Part shown: piece after piece, positions 21,177-30,533 of the stretch | Numbering within the stretch: the stretch's first letter is position 1 | How the letters are laid out: every line of letters begins with the position of its first letter | Assembly: GCA_963664825.1 (NCBI GenBank) | Contig: OY761614.1 | Span: 64,001 to 128,000, forward strand | Reading direction: 5' to 3' | DNA: 64,000 bases | From: an uncultured Holophaga sp. | Lineage (GTDB): Bacteria; Acidobacteriota; Holophagae; Holophagales; Holophagaceae | Translations under genes and position numbers: made by a program | The notes under the pieces: model-generated | Told to the model about the DNA's origin: nothing | Databases searched by the model: none | What the model saw: only the letters and a program-made list of their open reading frames with translations

Positions 21177-22076
21177 TCATAGCCCCTCGAAAAGGGAGGG
21201 CTGGAGGCAGGGCGGGAGGGGATGACCCACCGGCCCGGGGAGGGGCCGGGTCACCCGCCGACCATGGCGGATGACAGGAGGCATGGCGGCCCGCAGGGCC
21301 TCACGGACCTCGGCCTGGTAGGCCTTGTCCAGCACGTGCAGCCAGCCGTAGCGGACCAGGACCTGGTAGAAGGGATCCTTCTTCAGGAGGCGCAGGCCCC
21401 CCACCCAGGCGCTGCTGGCCCCGCTCAGCCTGGCCCGGCGGGCGAAGGCCTGGGGGTCCACCATGGCCATGAGGGGGGTGGCCGCGATGCTCACCTGGAC
21501 CCCGGCCGCAGTCAGGCGCTCCACCGCCGCCCAGCGGCTGGGGATGGGGGGAGCCTTGGGTTCGACGATCTGGCGCACCGTATCGTCATCGGTGGGGATG
21601 GAAAAGCCCACACTCAAGCGGCTTCCGAATTCCCGGAGGAGTTCCAGATCCTGGAGCACCAAGGGGGAACGCGTGTGCAGCAGGACGCGGGTGGTGGGGC
21701 ACTTCAGGAGCACCTCCAGGCAACCCCGGGTGAGGCGGAATTCCTTCTCCAAGGGCTGATAGGGATCCGTGGCGGAGGCCAGGAAGACCGATTGTTCATG
21801 GAGCCTGTGACGCTGGGACCAGAGCAGTTCGGGGGCATTGAGCTTGGGCGCCGACCAGAGGCCCCATTCCTCGGCCCCGTGCAGGGCGTTGGGATATTCC
21901 CGCACGTAGCAGTAGCGGCAGCCGTGCCCGCAGCCGCGATAGGGGCTGAGGGCGAACCCAAACCCGTAGCGTTCATCCCTCTGGGGGCGGAGGATGCTGC
22001 GGGCCTCCTCCGGCTCAATCAGGAGATCGTGGAAGAGGCGGGGAGCGGGTTCAAGAACAGATAGGAGGGCGACCAT
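21177..22076 (-). CDS. Radical SAM protein, SplB/Rv2578c-like (putative DNA repair)
   Basis: PYRGCGHGCRYCY (CxxxCxxC) and TDPYQP motifs. Confidence 0.88.
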   Translation of the reverse strand: MVALLSVLEPAPRLFHDLLIEPEEARSILRPQRDERYGFGFALSPYRGCGHGCRYCYVREYPNALHGAEEWGLWSAPKLNAPELLWSQRHRLHEQSVFLASATDPYQPLEKEFRLTRGCLEVLLKCPTTRVLLHTRSPLVLQDLELLREFGSRLSVGFSIPTDDDTVRQIVEPKAPPIPSRWAAVERLTAAGVQVSIAATPLMAMVDPQAFARRARLSGASSAWVGGLRLLKKDPFYQVLVRYGWLHVLDKAYQAEVREALRAAMPPVIRHGRRVTRPLPGPVGHPLPPCLQPSLFEGL

Positions 22077-22106
22077 GTCCCGAGTATTCGCTTTTTTTTC
22101 GAATAA

Positions 22107-23252
22107 TCAAGGGGCCACTTCGACCAATGCGAGTTCCCGTCCGAGTTGCTCATGCCATGGGCCTTTCGGAACCACCCGCAACAGGGCCTGAATGGCTCTG
22201 GAATGAGCCACAGGTAGGGCCTTGCTGGCTGGAACCGGAATGTCGGGAATGACGCCAACCCCCTCCCAGTTCTTTCCAGTGAGAGATGATCGGAAGCATC
22301 CGTTTGGAATGATTACTTCAAAACACGAATTGAGAATGCGAGACGGAGGAACCTGGTTCGCACCACCCCCTGTCGTCTCACCGATTACCTCGGCACGGTG
22401 CCGTTCCTGAAGCAGGAAGGCGACGCCTTCTCCACCAGAGAAGGTCCGTGGAGAGGTGAGCAAGAAGGTGGGGCGTGTGAGATCCCGGTTGGCCAATTTC
22501 CCGGATTCGCTCAGGAATCGGGATGGAATGGCAGGAGGGCGCGGGATCAGCTCAAACAAGGGTTCCCCTGGGCTGCCAAGGAAATAGCTCACGAAAAGCC
22601 CAAGCGTAGGGGTTGATCCCCCTCCGTGTTCACGAAGATCGACAATGAGGGCGTCCGTATGGCTTAGGAATGCCATGGCCTCCGCGAGCACTTCCCTGAC
22701 TTCCACCGGGCGGTAGAAGGCCGTGAGGCGCAAATAGCCCACATTCCCAGGCAGGATTTCCACCCTTTGCAGGCCGTAGTTCTCATGTTTCCCACGTTCT
22801 TCCCGGCTTTGAGCGGCAGTGGGTGCTGCCATGGGTTGCTGAGATTTCGGCACATCCAAGACGCGTATGGATAGGTGCTTATCCTTGGCCAAGGCATACA
22901 TCTCTGAGGTGAGAAGATCCGCAAGGGTTTTCACATCACGAGCAAGGCCATACCGTCCCGCGGCCAATCCTTCCCGCAAGGAGGACGCCACCTTGGCGCC
23001 TAATGCAGGATCGAAGTAATCCGTCTCCACGCAACAGGCAAGGGCTTCAATCGTTTTCCGGGTGAAGGCCAAATCGAACGCGGCTTGGTCACCTTCATTG
23101 GCCCCCTTAGTCAGGAGCTTGGCTGGAGGGGCGGAGAGGCTGGGAAACCCGGTCCCAACCGAAAGGAGGATGGCAAGAGCGGAGAAGATAGAATTTGGGC
23201 AAAGGCTCATGCGGGTCACCAAGTGCCATAGAGAGGAACCCGATTCTCCCAT
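22107..23252 (-). CDS. S41 family peptidase (start uncertain)
   Basis: DKHL, GNVGYLRL, LIVDLREHGGG, TFSGGE, IGETTGGG and WEGVGVIPD motifs. Confidence 0.85.
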   Translation of the reverse strand: MGESGSSLWHLVTRMSLCPNSIFSALAILLSVGTGFPSLSAPPAKLLTKGANEGDQAAFDLAFTRKTIEALACCVETDYFDPALGAKVASSLREGLAAGRYGLARDVKTLADLLTSEMYALAKDKHLSIRVLDVPKSQQPMAAPTAAQSREERGKHENYGLQRVEILPGNVGYLRLTAFYRPVEVREVLAEAMAFLSHTDALIVDLREHGGGSTPTLGLFVSYFLGSPGEPLFELIPRPPAIPSRFLSESGKLANRDLTRPTFLLTSPRTFSGGEGVAFLLQERHRAEVIGETTGGGANQVPPSRILNSCFEVIIPNGCFRSSLTGKNWEGVGVIPDIPVPASKALPVAHSRAIQALLRVVPKGPWHEQLGRELALVEVAP

Positions 23253-23258
23253 GAGGGG

Positions 23259-23771
23259 TCATTTCCGGATGACATTGATCCTGCCATTGGATTCCAGGAT
23301 GGCCACCCGGACTTCCTCGATCTCGGTGAGACCCACCTGGCGGATGGCGGCCATCAGCTCGTGGCGGGAAATCTGCTCCCGGTCCAGGGCCGCCTCGAGG
23401 GGCACTCCGTCGTGCACCAGGATGCAGGGCCTGCCTTCGATGATCCGCGCCACCTTCTTGCTGCGGAAGGCGAGCCAGCTCACCAGGGCGTTCAGGGCCA
23501 CCAGGGTCAGCACCAGCACGAAGCCCCCGGCCACCGAGTTATCTCCGCCGTTCATGCTGTTCTGGACCGCATTGGAGAGCACCAGCAGGAGCACCAGGTC
23601 GAAGGTGGAGAGCTGGCCCACCTGGCGCTTGCCCGTGAGCCGCAGGACCAGCAGCAGGAAGCCGTACACCAGGAAGGCGCGGATCACGAACTCCCACCAG
23701 GGCTGGGTGGTCTTCCAGAGGCTCAAGCCCAGCGGCTGGGGCCCATCGAGGAGAATCGCAAGCACGGCCAT
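23259..23771 (-). CDS. DUF421/YetF family membrane protein
   Basis: LRLTGKRQVGQLSTFD and AILESNGRINV motifs. Confidence 0.88.
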   Translation of the reverse strand: MAVLAILLDGPQPLGLSLWKTTQPWWEFVIRAFLVYGFLLLVLRLTGKRQVGQLSTFDLVLLLVLSNAVQNSMNGGDNSVAGGFVLVLTLVALNALVSWLAFRSKKVARIIEGRPCILVHDGVPLEAALDREQISRHELMAAIRQVGLTEIEEVRVAILESNGRINVIRK

Positions 23772-23836
23772 CAGGCCCTCCAGGTATGCACCGACCCCGC
23801 GGACGCAGGGCCGATGCACCACTCTACCGGGAGCTC

Positions 23837-24253
23837 CTACTTCTCGAAGGCCACCTTGAAGGAAACGGTGCCAATCTCCGCACCCTTCTCGGAGAGCACC
23901 TTGGCCGTCCAGTCCCCCTCATCTCCGGTCCGGAAGGTCCGGTAGGCGTGGGTCCGGTAGGGGGAATAGGGCACATCGAGCTCCTGTTTGAAGACCTCCT
24001 CCTCACCCTTGAAGAAAGCGAGGGTGATCTTCGATTCGGCACAACCGGAGACCCGGGTCCAGGCGAAGACCTTGGTCCCGGTGGGAATCGTGAAGGTGCC
24101 CGCTTCGCCTGTGATCTCCAGCTTCTCGACCCCCAGCCCAACCTTCATTTCTGCGGCTGGAGCCACTGCTTCGGCGCCCTGAGCGAAGGCCGGGCGGGCG
24201 TAGGCCAGAGCCACCAGACTGAGACCGGTCGCGAAAAGGATTCCCTTGCGCAT
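23837..24253 (-). CDS. Exported protein, DUF2914-like
   Basis: Signal peptide; VFAWTRV...YRT...GDWTAKV; AAGGAG RBS and TGgTATAGT -10. Confidence 0.7.
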   Translation of the reverse strand: MRKGILFATGLSLVALAYARPAFAQGAEAVAPAAEMKVGLGVEKLEITGEAGTFTIPTGTKVFAWTRVSGCAESKITLAFFKGEEEVFKQELDVPYSPYRTHAYRTFRTGDEGDWTAKVLSEKGAEIGTVSFKVAFEK

Positions 24254-24349
24254 GGGATGCTCCTTGAAAGGATGCACGGAACTATACCAGCGCCCCCTAG
24301 ACAGGGTGGGACTTCCCAAGGGGAATCTTTTACCTAGGTCCCCAAAAAA

Positions 24350-25486
24350 TCACGCGCCGTCCCGGCCTCCGAGGGCCTTTTCGATAGCCGACCAGTCCCA
24401 ATCCGATAGAGGAGGCACGGCCCCCTCCCGCTGATCCCGCTGGGAGAGCCAAGCATCGTAGACCACCAGCGCGCACATGGCCTCCGCCACGGGCACCACC
24501 CGGGGGGCGATGCAGGGGTCGTGGCGCCCCTGGATGGAAAGCTCCCGGGGGTGGCCCTCTCGATCGAGGGTCTGCTGGGGCTTCGCGATGGAGCTGGTGG
24601 GTTTTACCGCCAAACGCAGCACGACGGGGGCCCCGGTGGAGATCCCCCCCAGGATGCCTCCGGCATCGTTCTTGAGGGACCCCTCCGGTCCCAGGGGATC
24701 GTTGTGGGCCGAGCCCTTCATGCGGGCGCTCGCAAAGCCCGCACCCACCTCCACACCCTTGACTGCGCCGATGGTCATGCAGGCGTATGTGAGCAGCGCA
24801 TCGAGCTTGGCGAAGACCGGATCCCCCAGGCCGCAGGGGAGCCCCTCGATCCAGACCTCGCAGATGCCGCCCACGGAATCCCCTTGGGCCTTGGCGGCTT
24901 CCACGGCCCGCCTCTGGGCCGGGAAGGCCTGGTCATCGGCACTCCGCAGGGGGTTCCGCTCCACATAATCCCAATCCAGGGATGCGCAGGGGATACCCGC
25001 GATCTCCCGGTTGAAGCCCCGAATCCGGATTCCAAGCGTCCCCAGTTGCTGTTTGGCCCAGGCCCCAGCCGCCACCCGCGCCAGGGTCTCGCGTCCGCTG
25101 GAACGCCCCCCCCCTCGGAGGTCCCGAATGCCGTACTTCCCCTCGAAGGTCAGGTCCCCGTGCCCCGGACGGAAGACATCTTTCAGGGCCTCGTAATCGC
25201 CGCTGCGCTGGCCTTCATTGAAGACCACCAGGGCGATGGGATGGCCCGTGGTAAGGCCTTCGAAGACGCCTGACAGGACGCGAATGCGGTCGCCCTCCTG
25301 GCGGGAGGTCGCCAGCTCGGACTGGCCGGGGCGTCGCCGGTTCAGTTCGAGCTGGATGGCCTCCAGATCGAAAGGCAGTCCGGGTTTCACGCCATCCAAC
25401 ACCACGCCTACGGCCGGACCATGGCTCTCGCCGAAGGTCAGAATGCGGAAGGCACGGCCGAAGGAACTGGGAGACTCGAAGAGCAT
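24350..25486 (-). CDS. aroC: Chorismate synthase
   Basis: TFGESHG, RPGHGD, GGGRSSGRET and GRHDPC motifs. Confidence 0.97.
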   Translation of the reverse strand: MLFESPSSFGRAFRILTFGESHGPAVGVVLDGVKPGLPFDLEAIQLELNRRRPGQSELATSRQEGDRIRVLSGVFEGLTTGHPIALVVFNEGQRSGDYEALKDVFRPGHGDLTFEGKYGIRDLRGGGRSSGRETLARVAAGAWAKQQLGTLGIRIRGFNREIAGIPCASLDWDYVERNPLRSADDQAFPAQRRAVEAAKAQGDSVGGICEVWIEGLPCGLGDPVFAKLDALLTYACMTIGAVKGVEVGAGFASARMKGSAHNDPLGPEGSLKNDAGGILGGISTGAPVVLRLAVKPTSSIAKPQQTLDREGHPRELSIQGRHDPCIAPRVVPVAEAMCALVVYDAWLSQRDQREGAVPPLSDWDWSAIEKALGGRDGA

Positions 25487-25512
25487 CCTTCCACTATAGG
25501 GGAGCTTTGAGA

Positions 25513-26085
25513 CTACTCGGGCTCCTGAACCTCGGCCTCGAGAGGTTCCTCGGGGATCCGCTTCACCAGCTTCGGCAGGGGCACAGCCGATGGGGTGGGC
25601 GCACTGGCGGTCCAGACGTAGCGTGTCCCGCGCTTCTGGCCCTGTTTGCTGATCAGTCCCTCCTGCTCCAGCTCCCCGAAGAGGCGGCGCAGGGTGGCGG
25701 GTGCCCAGTCGCAATCCTTCAGCCCCAGTTCCTCCTGGGCCTGGAAGCTGGAGAGGCCGCCCTGCTCCTGGAGCGCGGCCACCAACTGGCTCCGCAGTTC
25801 CACCAGCTCCTGCCGGTTCCGGCGCGCCTTGTTCTTGTAGGCCTCCCCAACAGGAACAGAAAGGGGAGCCTCCCGGGGTGCGGCTTCGAAACTAGGCGCG
25901 GGCGCCGCGTCCAGTTCGTGGACCATCCCCCCATCGAGATAGATCTCGGACCGGTCCGGCTGGAAGAGAATGACCACCGAGGAAGCCGGAACCCCTTCAC
26001 TGTGAAGGGATTCGATGATCCGGTCCCCGATCCGCTTCTTCTGACCAGCCGAGAGTACGGGGGCCTGAATAATGACCAAAGACAT
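25513..26085 (-). CDS. Tautomerase-like N-terminal domain fused to a putative winged-helix domain
   Basis: N-terminus resembles the 4-OT fold (QKKRI...VPASSVVILF); C-terminal TLRRLFGELEQEGLISKQGQKRGTRY; GGAG RBS. Confidence 0.6.
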   Translation of the reverse strand: MSLVIIQAPVLSAGQKKRIGDRIIESLHSEGVPASSVVILFQPDRSEIYLDGGMVHELDAAPAPSFEAAPREAPLSVPVGEAYKNKARRNRQELVELRSQLVAALQEQGGLSSFQAQEELGLKDCDWAPATLRRLFGELEQEGLISKQGQKRGTRYVWTASAPTPSAVPLPKLVKRIPEEPLEAEVQEPE

Positions 26086-26154
26086 ATCAACTCCCTTTTC
26101 AGACGGATATCCTCAAATTTATGCTCTTCGTCCCTGGGAGGCAAAGGCATTTTC

Positions 26155-26691
26155 ATGATTAACACTCCTAAACCCGGAGAATCCATGGGCCCCTTCGCTG
26201 AACCCCCCAAGGCACGACCCGCGGAAGAGCTCCGTTTCGAGGCCTTTCTCCGGAGCAAGAAGCTCAAGCTCACGGGCGAACGCCTCGCCATCCTGGCGGC
26301 GATCTTCCAGAGGGAGACCCACTTCGACGCGGAAGCCCTGCATGCTCAACTGCGCAAGGCGGGCGGGGACATCAGCCGAGCCACGGTCTATCGCACCCTC
26401 GACCTGCTGGTGCAGGCTGGACTGGTCCGCAAAAACAGCCTGGGCGCCAGCCACGCCAACTACGAAGCCGCCCACGGCAACGAGCACCACGATCATCTGA
26501 TCTGCCTGAACTGCAACGAGGTGGTGGAATTCTTCCGGCCGGATCTGGAAGCAATCCAGGCGGGAATCTGCCGCGACCATGGTTTCAAGCTGATCCACCA
26601 CAGCCTGCAGATCTTCGGACTCTGCTCGGCTTGCAAGGAGAAGGCCGACGAAGGTGTGATCCGCAACCGCGTGGCCCAGCTCCACACCTAA
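26155..26691 (+). CDS. fur: Fur family transcriptional regulator
   Basis: LKLTGERLAIL, ISRATVYRTL, HHDHLICLNC and CSAC motifs; start could be 26185. Confidence 0.92.
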   Translation: MINTPKPGESMGPFAEPPKARPAEELRFEAFLRSKKLKLTGERLAILAAIFQRETHFDAEALHAQLRKAGGDISRATVYRTLDLLVQAGLVRKNSLGASHANYEAAHGNEHHDHLICLNCNEVVEFFRPDLEAIQAGICRDHGFKLIHHSLQIFGLCSACKEKADEGVIRNRVAQLHT

Positions 26692-26697
26692 GAAGGT

Positions 26698-26814
26698 GCA
26701 CTCCCGGTAGCCTGCCCCAGAAGGGGGTGCGACGAGGACACAGGAGGCGGCATAGAGCAGCGCGAACCAGGCTCGCCCACAGGGCGAACTGGGGCGTGCT
26801 GCGTCCGGGAGTGC
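26698..26814 (+). repeat. Structured intergenic element, family 2, copy b
   Basis: Closing stem gcactcccgg/ccgggagtgc; internal homology to 1441-1538; 21-bp direct repeat at 26692-26712 and 26822-26842. Confidence 0.6.
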
Positions 26815-26905
26815 CCGATATGAAGGTGCACTCCCGGTAGCCGCCGACCCGAGCCGTTGCGTCCTCTTTCCCTTGCAGGGGAAAATCCTGCTAGGCTGCT
26901 CAGTT

Positions 26906-27973
26906 ATGCCAAAACTCACGATTCAGGACCTCCAACGCCTCCCCAAGACGGATCTGCACGTGCATCTCGACGGCAGCCTCCGCATCCAGACCATCCTCGA
27001 TCTCGCCGAAGCGCAGAAGGTCAAACTGCCCGGGGATTCCCCAGAAACGCTCCGCCCCTTCGTCGAAGTGGCCGATGACTGCAAGTCCCTGGTGGAGTAT
27101 CTCAAGGCCTTCGACGTCACCCTCTCCGTGATGCAGACCTACGAGTCCCTCGTGCGCACGGCCTTCGAGCTGGCCGAGGATGCCGCCAAGGAAAACGTCC
27201 GCTACATGGAGGTGCGCTACAGCCCCATCCTCCATCAGCAGAAGGGCATGACGCTCCACAGCATCGTCCAGGCCGTGCTGGAAGGCTTGGCCCTGGCCGA
27301 GAAGAAATACGACATCAAGACCGGCGTCATCCTCTGCGGCATGCGCCACATCAGCCCCGAGATCAGCCTCAAGCTGGCCGACCTGACGGTGGCCTTCAAG
27401 AATAAGGGCGTCGTCGGTTTCGACCTGGCGGGCGCGGAAGTGGACTTCCCCGCCAAGCGCCACAAGGACGCCTTCGGCCGGGTGCTGGCCAATAACATCA
27501 ATTGCACCCTGCACGCCGGAGAAGCCTACGGCCCCGAGAGCATCCACCAGGCCATCCACCTCTGCGGCGCCCATCGCATCGGCCACGGTGTGCGACTGGT
27601 GGAGGATGGAGATCTCCTCAACTACGTCAATGACCACCGCATCCCCCTGGAATGCTGCCCCAGCAGCAATGTGCAGACCAAGGCCGTCAAGCGGATGGCC
27701 GACCATCCCATCCGTCTCTTCTACGACCTGGGTCTGCGGGTCACGGTCAACACCGATAACCGCATGGTGACCAACACCACCATGAGCCGAGAGTATCTGG
27801 TGCTCCACGAGCAACTGAACTTCTCCCTGGAAGAGATCAAAGAGCTCATCATCATGGGCTTCAAGAGCGCCTTCCTGCCCTATGCTATCAAGCGCGCCCT
27901 CCTCGCCGACGTGGTGCATGAGCTCAAGGCCTTCAAGCCCAAGAGCCTGGAGAGCAAGAAGGAGCAGTTGTAG
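26906..27973 (+). CDS. add: Adenosine deaminase
   Basis: LHVHLDG, HAGE, RIGHG and NTDN motifs. Confidence 0.95.
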   Translation: MPKLTIQDLQRLPKTDLHVHLDGSLRIQTILDLAEAQKVKLPGDSPETLRPFVEVADDCKSLVEYLKAFDVTLSVMQTYESLVRTAFELAEDAAKENVRYMEVRYSPILHQQKGMTLHSIVQAVLEGLALAEKKYDIKTGVILCGMRHISPEISLKLADLTVAFKNKGVVGFDLAGAEVDFPAKRHKDAFGRVLANNINCTLHAGEAYGPESIHQAIHLCGAHRIGHGVRLVEDGDLLNYVNDHRIPLECCPSSNVQTKAVKRMADHPIRLFYDLGLRVTVNTDNRMVTNTTMSREYLVLHEQLNFSLEEIKELIIMGFKSAFLPYAIKRALLADVVHELKAFKPKSLESKKEQL

Positions 27974-28148
27974 CGCTCCGTTGGGTCAGAGCGGTCTCGG
28001 TATCGCCGCAGGCGATGCCGAGAGGAAGGAACAGCTGTAGAGCTTCGCTGGGTCGGCGCAGATAGAAAAGCGGAGTTGGGGCCCGCCCTTCGGGCAAAAT
28101 GAAGGGGACCCAGCAGGACGCCGGGTCCCCTCCTTGAAAGCCGGATGA

Positions 28149-29150
28149 ATGCTCGCACGCTTCGCCCAATGCCTCGAATCCTCCCAACGGATTCTCCTCA
28201 CCTCCCACGAAAATCCTGACGGAGATGGCACGGGCGCCATGATTGGCCTAGCCCACTACCTGCGCTTCCGGGGCAAGGAAGTGCGCATCGTAGCCAACCC
28301 TGGGCTGCCCCCCTCCCTGGGTTTCATGGATCCCGAGGGCTGGATCGAGGCCTTCGATCCGGAAGGCCGCCATCGGGATCTGGCAAGCTGGCCCCAGGCC
28401 TGGGTGCTGGTGGACGCTTCCGAGCCTCAGCGCCTGGGGGGCATGGAAGGGGCCTTCCAGGCATCCAAGGCCTTGAAGGTATGCCTGGATCATCACATGA
28501 AGGAATCTCCCAACGGTTTCGATCAGGAGTTCACCAATAGCGCCGCCAGCGCTTCCGCGGAGCTGGTCTTCGATCTGGTCGCCCAGCGGATGCCCCGCCC
28601 CCTGCCCCGCCCCATGGCCACGGCCCTCTACGCGGGCCTAGTGGATGACACGGGCAATTTCCGGTTTTCCAACGCCACCCCTAAGGCCCATCGCATGGCC
28701 GCCGAGCTCATTGAAGAGGGCGTCGAACCCGCCCGGGTCTACCAGGATCTCTACTATCAGGAGCGCCCGGAGCGCCTCAAGCTCTTCGGCCGCGCCTACG
28801 AGGGCCTGCGCCTCCTGGGGAATGGGCGCTACGCCTGCCTCAGCCTGGTCCAGGCCGATCTGGAGGCCTGCGGCGCCAGCCACGAAGACATGGGGGGTCT
28901 GGTCAACAAACCCCTGGAACTCCGCGGGGTTGAAGTCTCCTGCCTCCTCCATGAACTGGAGGATGGCCGCATCAAGGCCAGCCTCCGCTCCCGGGAGCGC
29001 GTGGACGTCAACGCCATCTGCCGGAATTTCCGGGGCGGCGGCCACCGCCTGGCTTCGGGCGCCAAACTGGACGGCCCCATGGAGAAGGCTCAGACTGTCA
29101 TGGATGCCGCGGTCCTGGCCAGGCTCGAACAGGATCTCGGAAAGGCCTGA
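28149..29150 (+). CDS. nrnA: DHH/DHHA1 phosphoesterase (bifunctional oligoribonuclease/PAP phosphatase)
   Basis: SHENPDGD, LDHH, DTGNF and GGGH motifs. Confidence 0.9.
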   Translation: MLARFAQCLESSQRILLTSHENPDGDGTGAMIGLAHYLRFRGKEVRIVANPGLPPSLGFMDPEGWIEAFDPEGRHRDLASWPQAWVLVDASEPQRLGGMEGAFQASKALKVCLDHHMKESPNGFDQEFTNSAASASAELVFDLVAQRMPRPLPRPMATALYAGLVDDTGNFRFSNATPKAHRMAAELIEEGVEPARVYQDLYYQERPERLKLFGRAYEGLRLLGNGRYACLSLVQADLEACGASHEDMGGLVNKPLELRGVEVSCLLHELEDGRIKASLRSRERVDVNAICRNFRGGGHRLASGAKLDGPMEKAQTVMDAAVLARLEQDLGKA

Positions 29151-29244
29151 ACACTCGCGCTTCGCTTGCGGACACCCCCGCCCCGGACGTTTCCCGAACA
29201 CCATTCAACGCATTCATATTCATTCTTTTACACGGGATCACCCC

Positions 29245-29928
29245 ATGTGCCCTAAGGACAGTAGCAGCGCACCCCAGCTCCACCTTCCCCCGGATTCACC
29301 CCTCGAAGTGGTGACCAAGTTCGAAACCGAAGCCGTGCCCTTCGTGGCGAAGGCCAAGGTGCCCTCGATCTTCGGCAAGTTCATGGTCTACGGCTTCCTC
29401 GAGAAGCTCACCGGCAAGGAGCACATCGCCATCGTCGCCGGTGATCTGGACGCCCGGAAGCGCACGGCCGTCAGGATCCACAGCGAGTGCTGGACAGGCG
29501 ATGTCCTGGGCAGCCTCAAGTGCGACTGCCGCGCCCAGCTTGAAGAAGCCCTCCGCTACATCGGCGAGCACGGCGGCCTAGTGCTCTACATGCGCCAGGA
29601 GGGCCGGGGCATCGGCCTCCTCAATAAGCTGAAGGCCTATGCCCTCCAGGAGCAGGGGCTCGATACGGTGGAGGCCAATCACGAACTGGGCTTCGAAGAC
29701 GATCTCCGTTCCTACGAAGCCGCCATCGAGATGCTGCGCTTCTTCGGCATCAACAAGGTGAAGCTCCTCACCAACAATCCTCGCAAGATCGAGGCCCTGG
29801 AAGAGGCCGGCATCCATGTCCAGCGGGAGCCGCACCAGATCGGCTCGAACCCCTACAACCTGCGTTACCTCCACACCAAGGCCGCCAAGTCGGGGCACCT
29901 GCTGGATTTCACGAAAGAAGTGCTGTAG
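29245..29928 (+). CDS. ribA: GTP cyclohydrolase II
   Basis: VRIHSECWTGD, KCDC, QEGRGIGL and LLTNNP motifs. Confidence 0.95.
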   Translation: MCPKDSSSAPQLHLPPDSPLEVVTKFETEAVPFVAKAKVPSIFGKFMVYGFLEKLTGKEHIAIVAGDLDARKRTAVRIHSECWTGDVLGSLKCDCRAQLEEALRYIGEHGGLVLYMRQEGRGIGLLNKLKAYALQEQGLDTVEANHELGFEDDLRSYEAAIEMLRFFGINKVKLLTNNPRKIEALEEAGIHVQREPHQIGSNPYNLRYLHTKAAKSGHLLDFTKEVL

Positions 29929-29930
29929 CG

Positions 29931-30500
29931 CTACTCGTCCCTCCGGGGCAGCAACAGGGCTCGCTGGACCCGCTCCAGGTTGCCCTGGAGGCGCACCAGA
30001 TTCCAGGCAATGACCATGGCGTAGCCCAGCCAGACCCACAGCAGGCGGGGATCGCAGGGCGTGCGCCTCAAAGGGTCCAGGCCGATATCCAAGCGCAATC
30101 CGTTGAGGAACCAGACCACCACGCCGAAGGCGATGAGCAGATGCCCCCACCGGATCCAGTAGGGGCGCAGCCCTTCCTTGATCTTCCAGCGGAGCAGCAA
30201 CCAGCGATCGAAGCGCTCGGATTTCGCCTCGGCGAAATGCAGGGCCAGGAGCTTGTCCACCAGGGGCGCGTAGCGATGCACCCGGAGTTCCTCGATCTCG
30301 CTCTGGCCGTTCACCTGGCGGAGCAAGGCGCTGCGGATCTTCCCCACGCACTCCTCCCAGGGGGCCTCCTCCCGCCGGATGGTCATGTGCAGATGGACCA
30401 GCCCCACCCATAGCAGGGCCTGGGCCAGCAGCACGCCCCACAGGGCCATGCCCTGCCAACCACTGTGCCGAGCCACTTCGAAAAAGCGCGTCAGATCCAT
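29931..30500 (-). CDS. Hypothetical membrane protein (about 3 TM segments)
   Basis: ORF with hydrophobic segments; no family recognised. Confidence 0.65.
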   Translation of the reverse strand: MDLTRFFEVARHSGWQGMALWGVLLAQALLWVGLVHLHMTIRREEAPWEECVGKIRSALLRQVNGQSEIEELRVHRYAPLVDKLLALHFAEAKSERFDRWLLLRWKIKEGLRPYWIRWGHLLIAFGVVVWFLNGLRLDIGLDPLRRTPCDPRLLWVWLGYAMVIAWNLVRLQGNLERVQRALLLPRRDE

Positions 30501-30533
30501 CCCAAAAGGATGGCACAGAGTCCGCATCCGGAC

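Noticed and set aside
22086..22101. LexA box upstream of the radical SAM repair gene (ATTC-N7-TTTC)
   Set aside because: Both half-sites deviate from GTTC-N7-GTTC and lie in a T run; too weak to call
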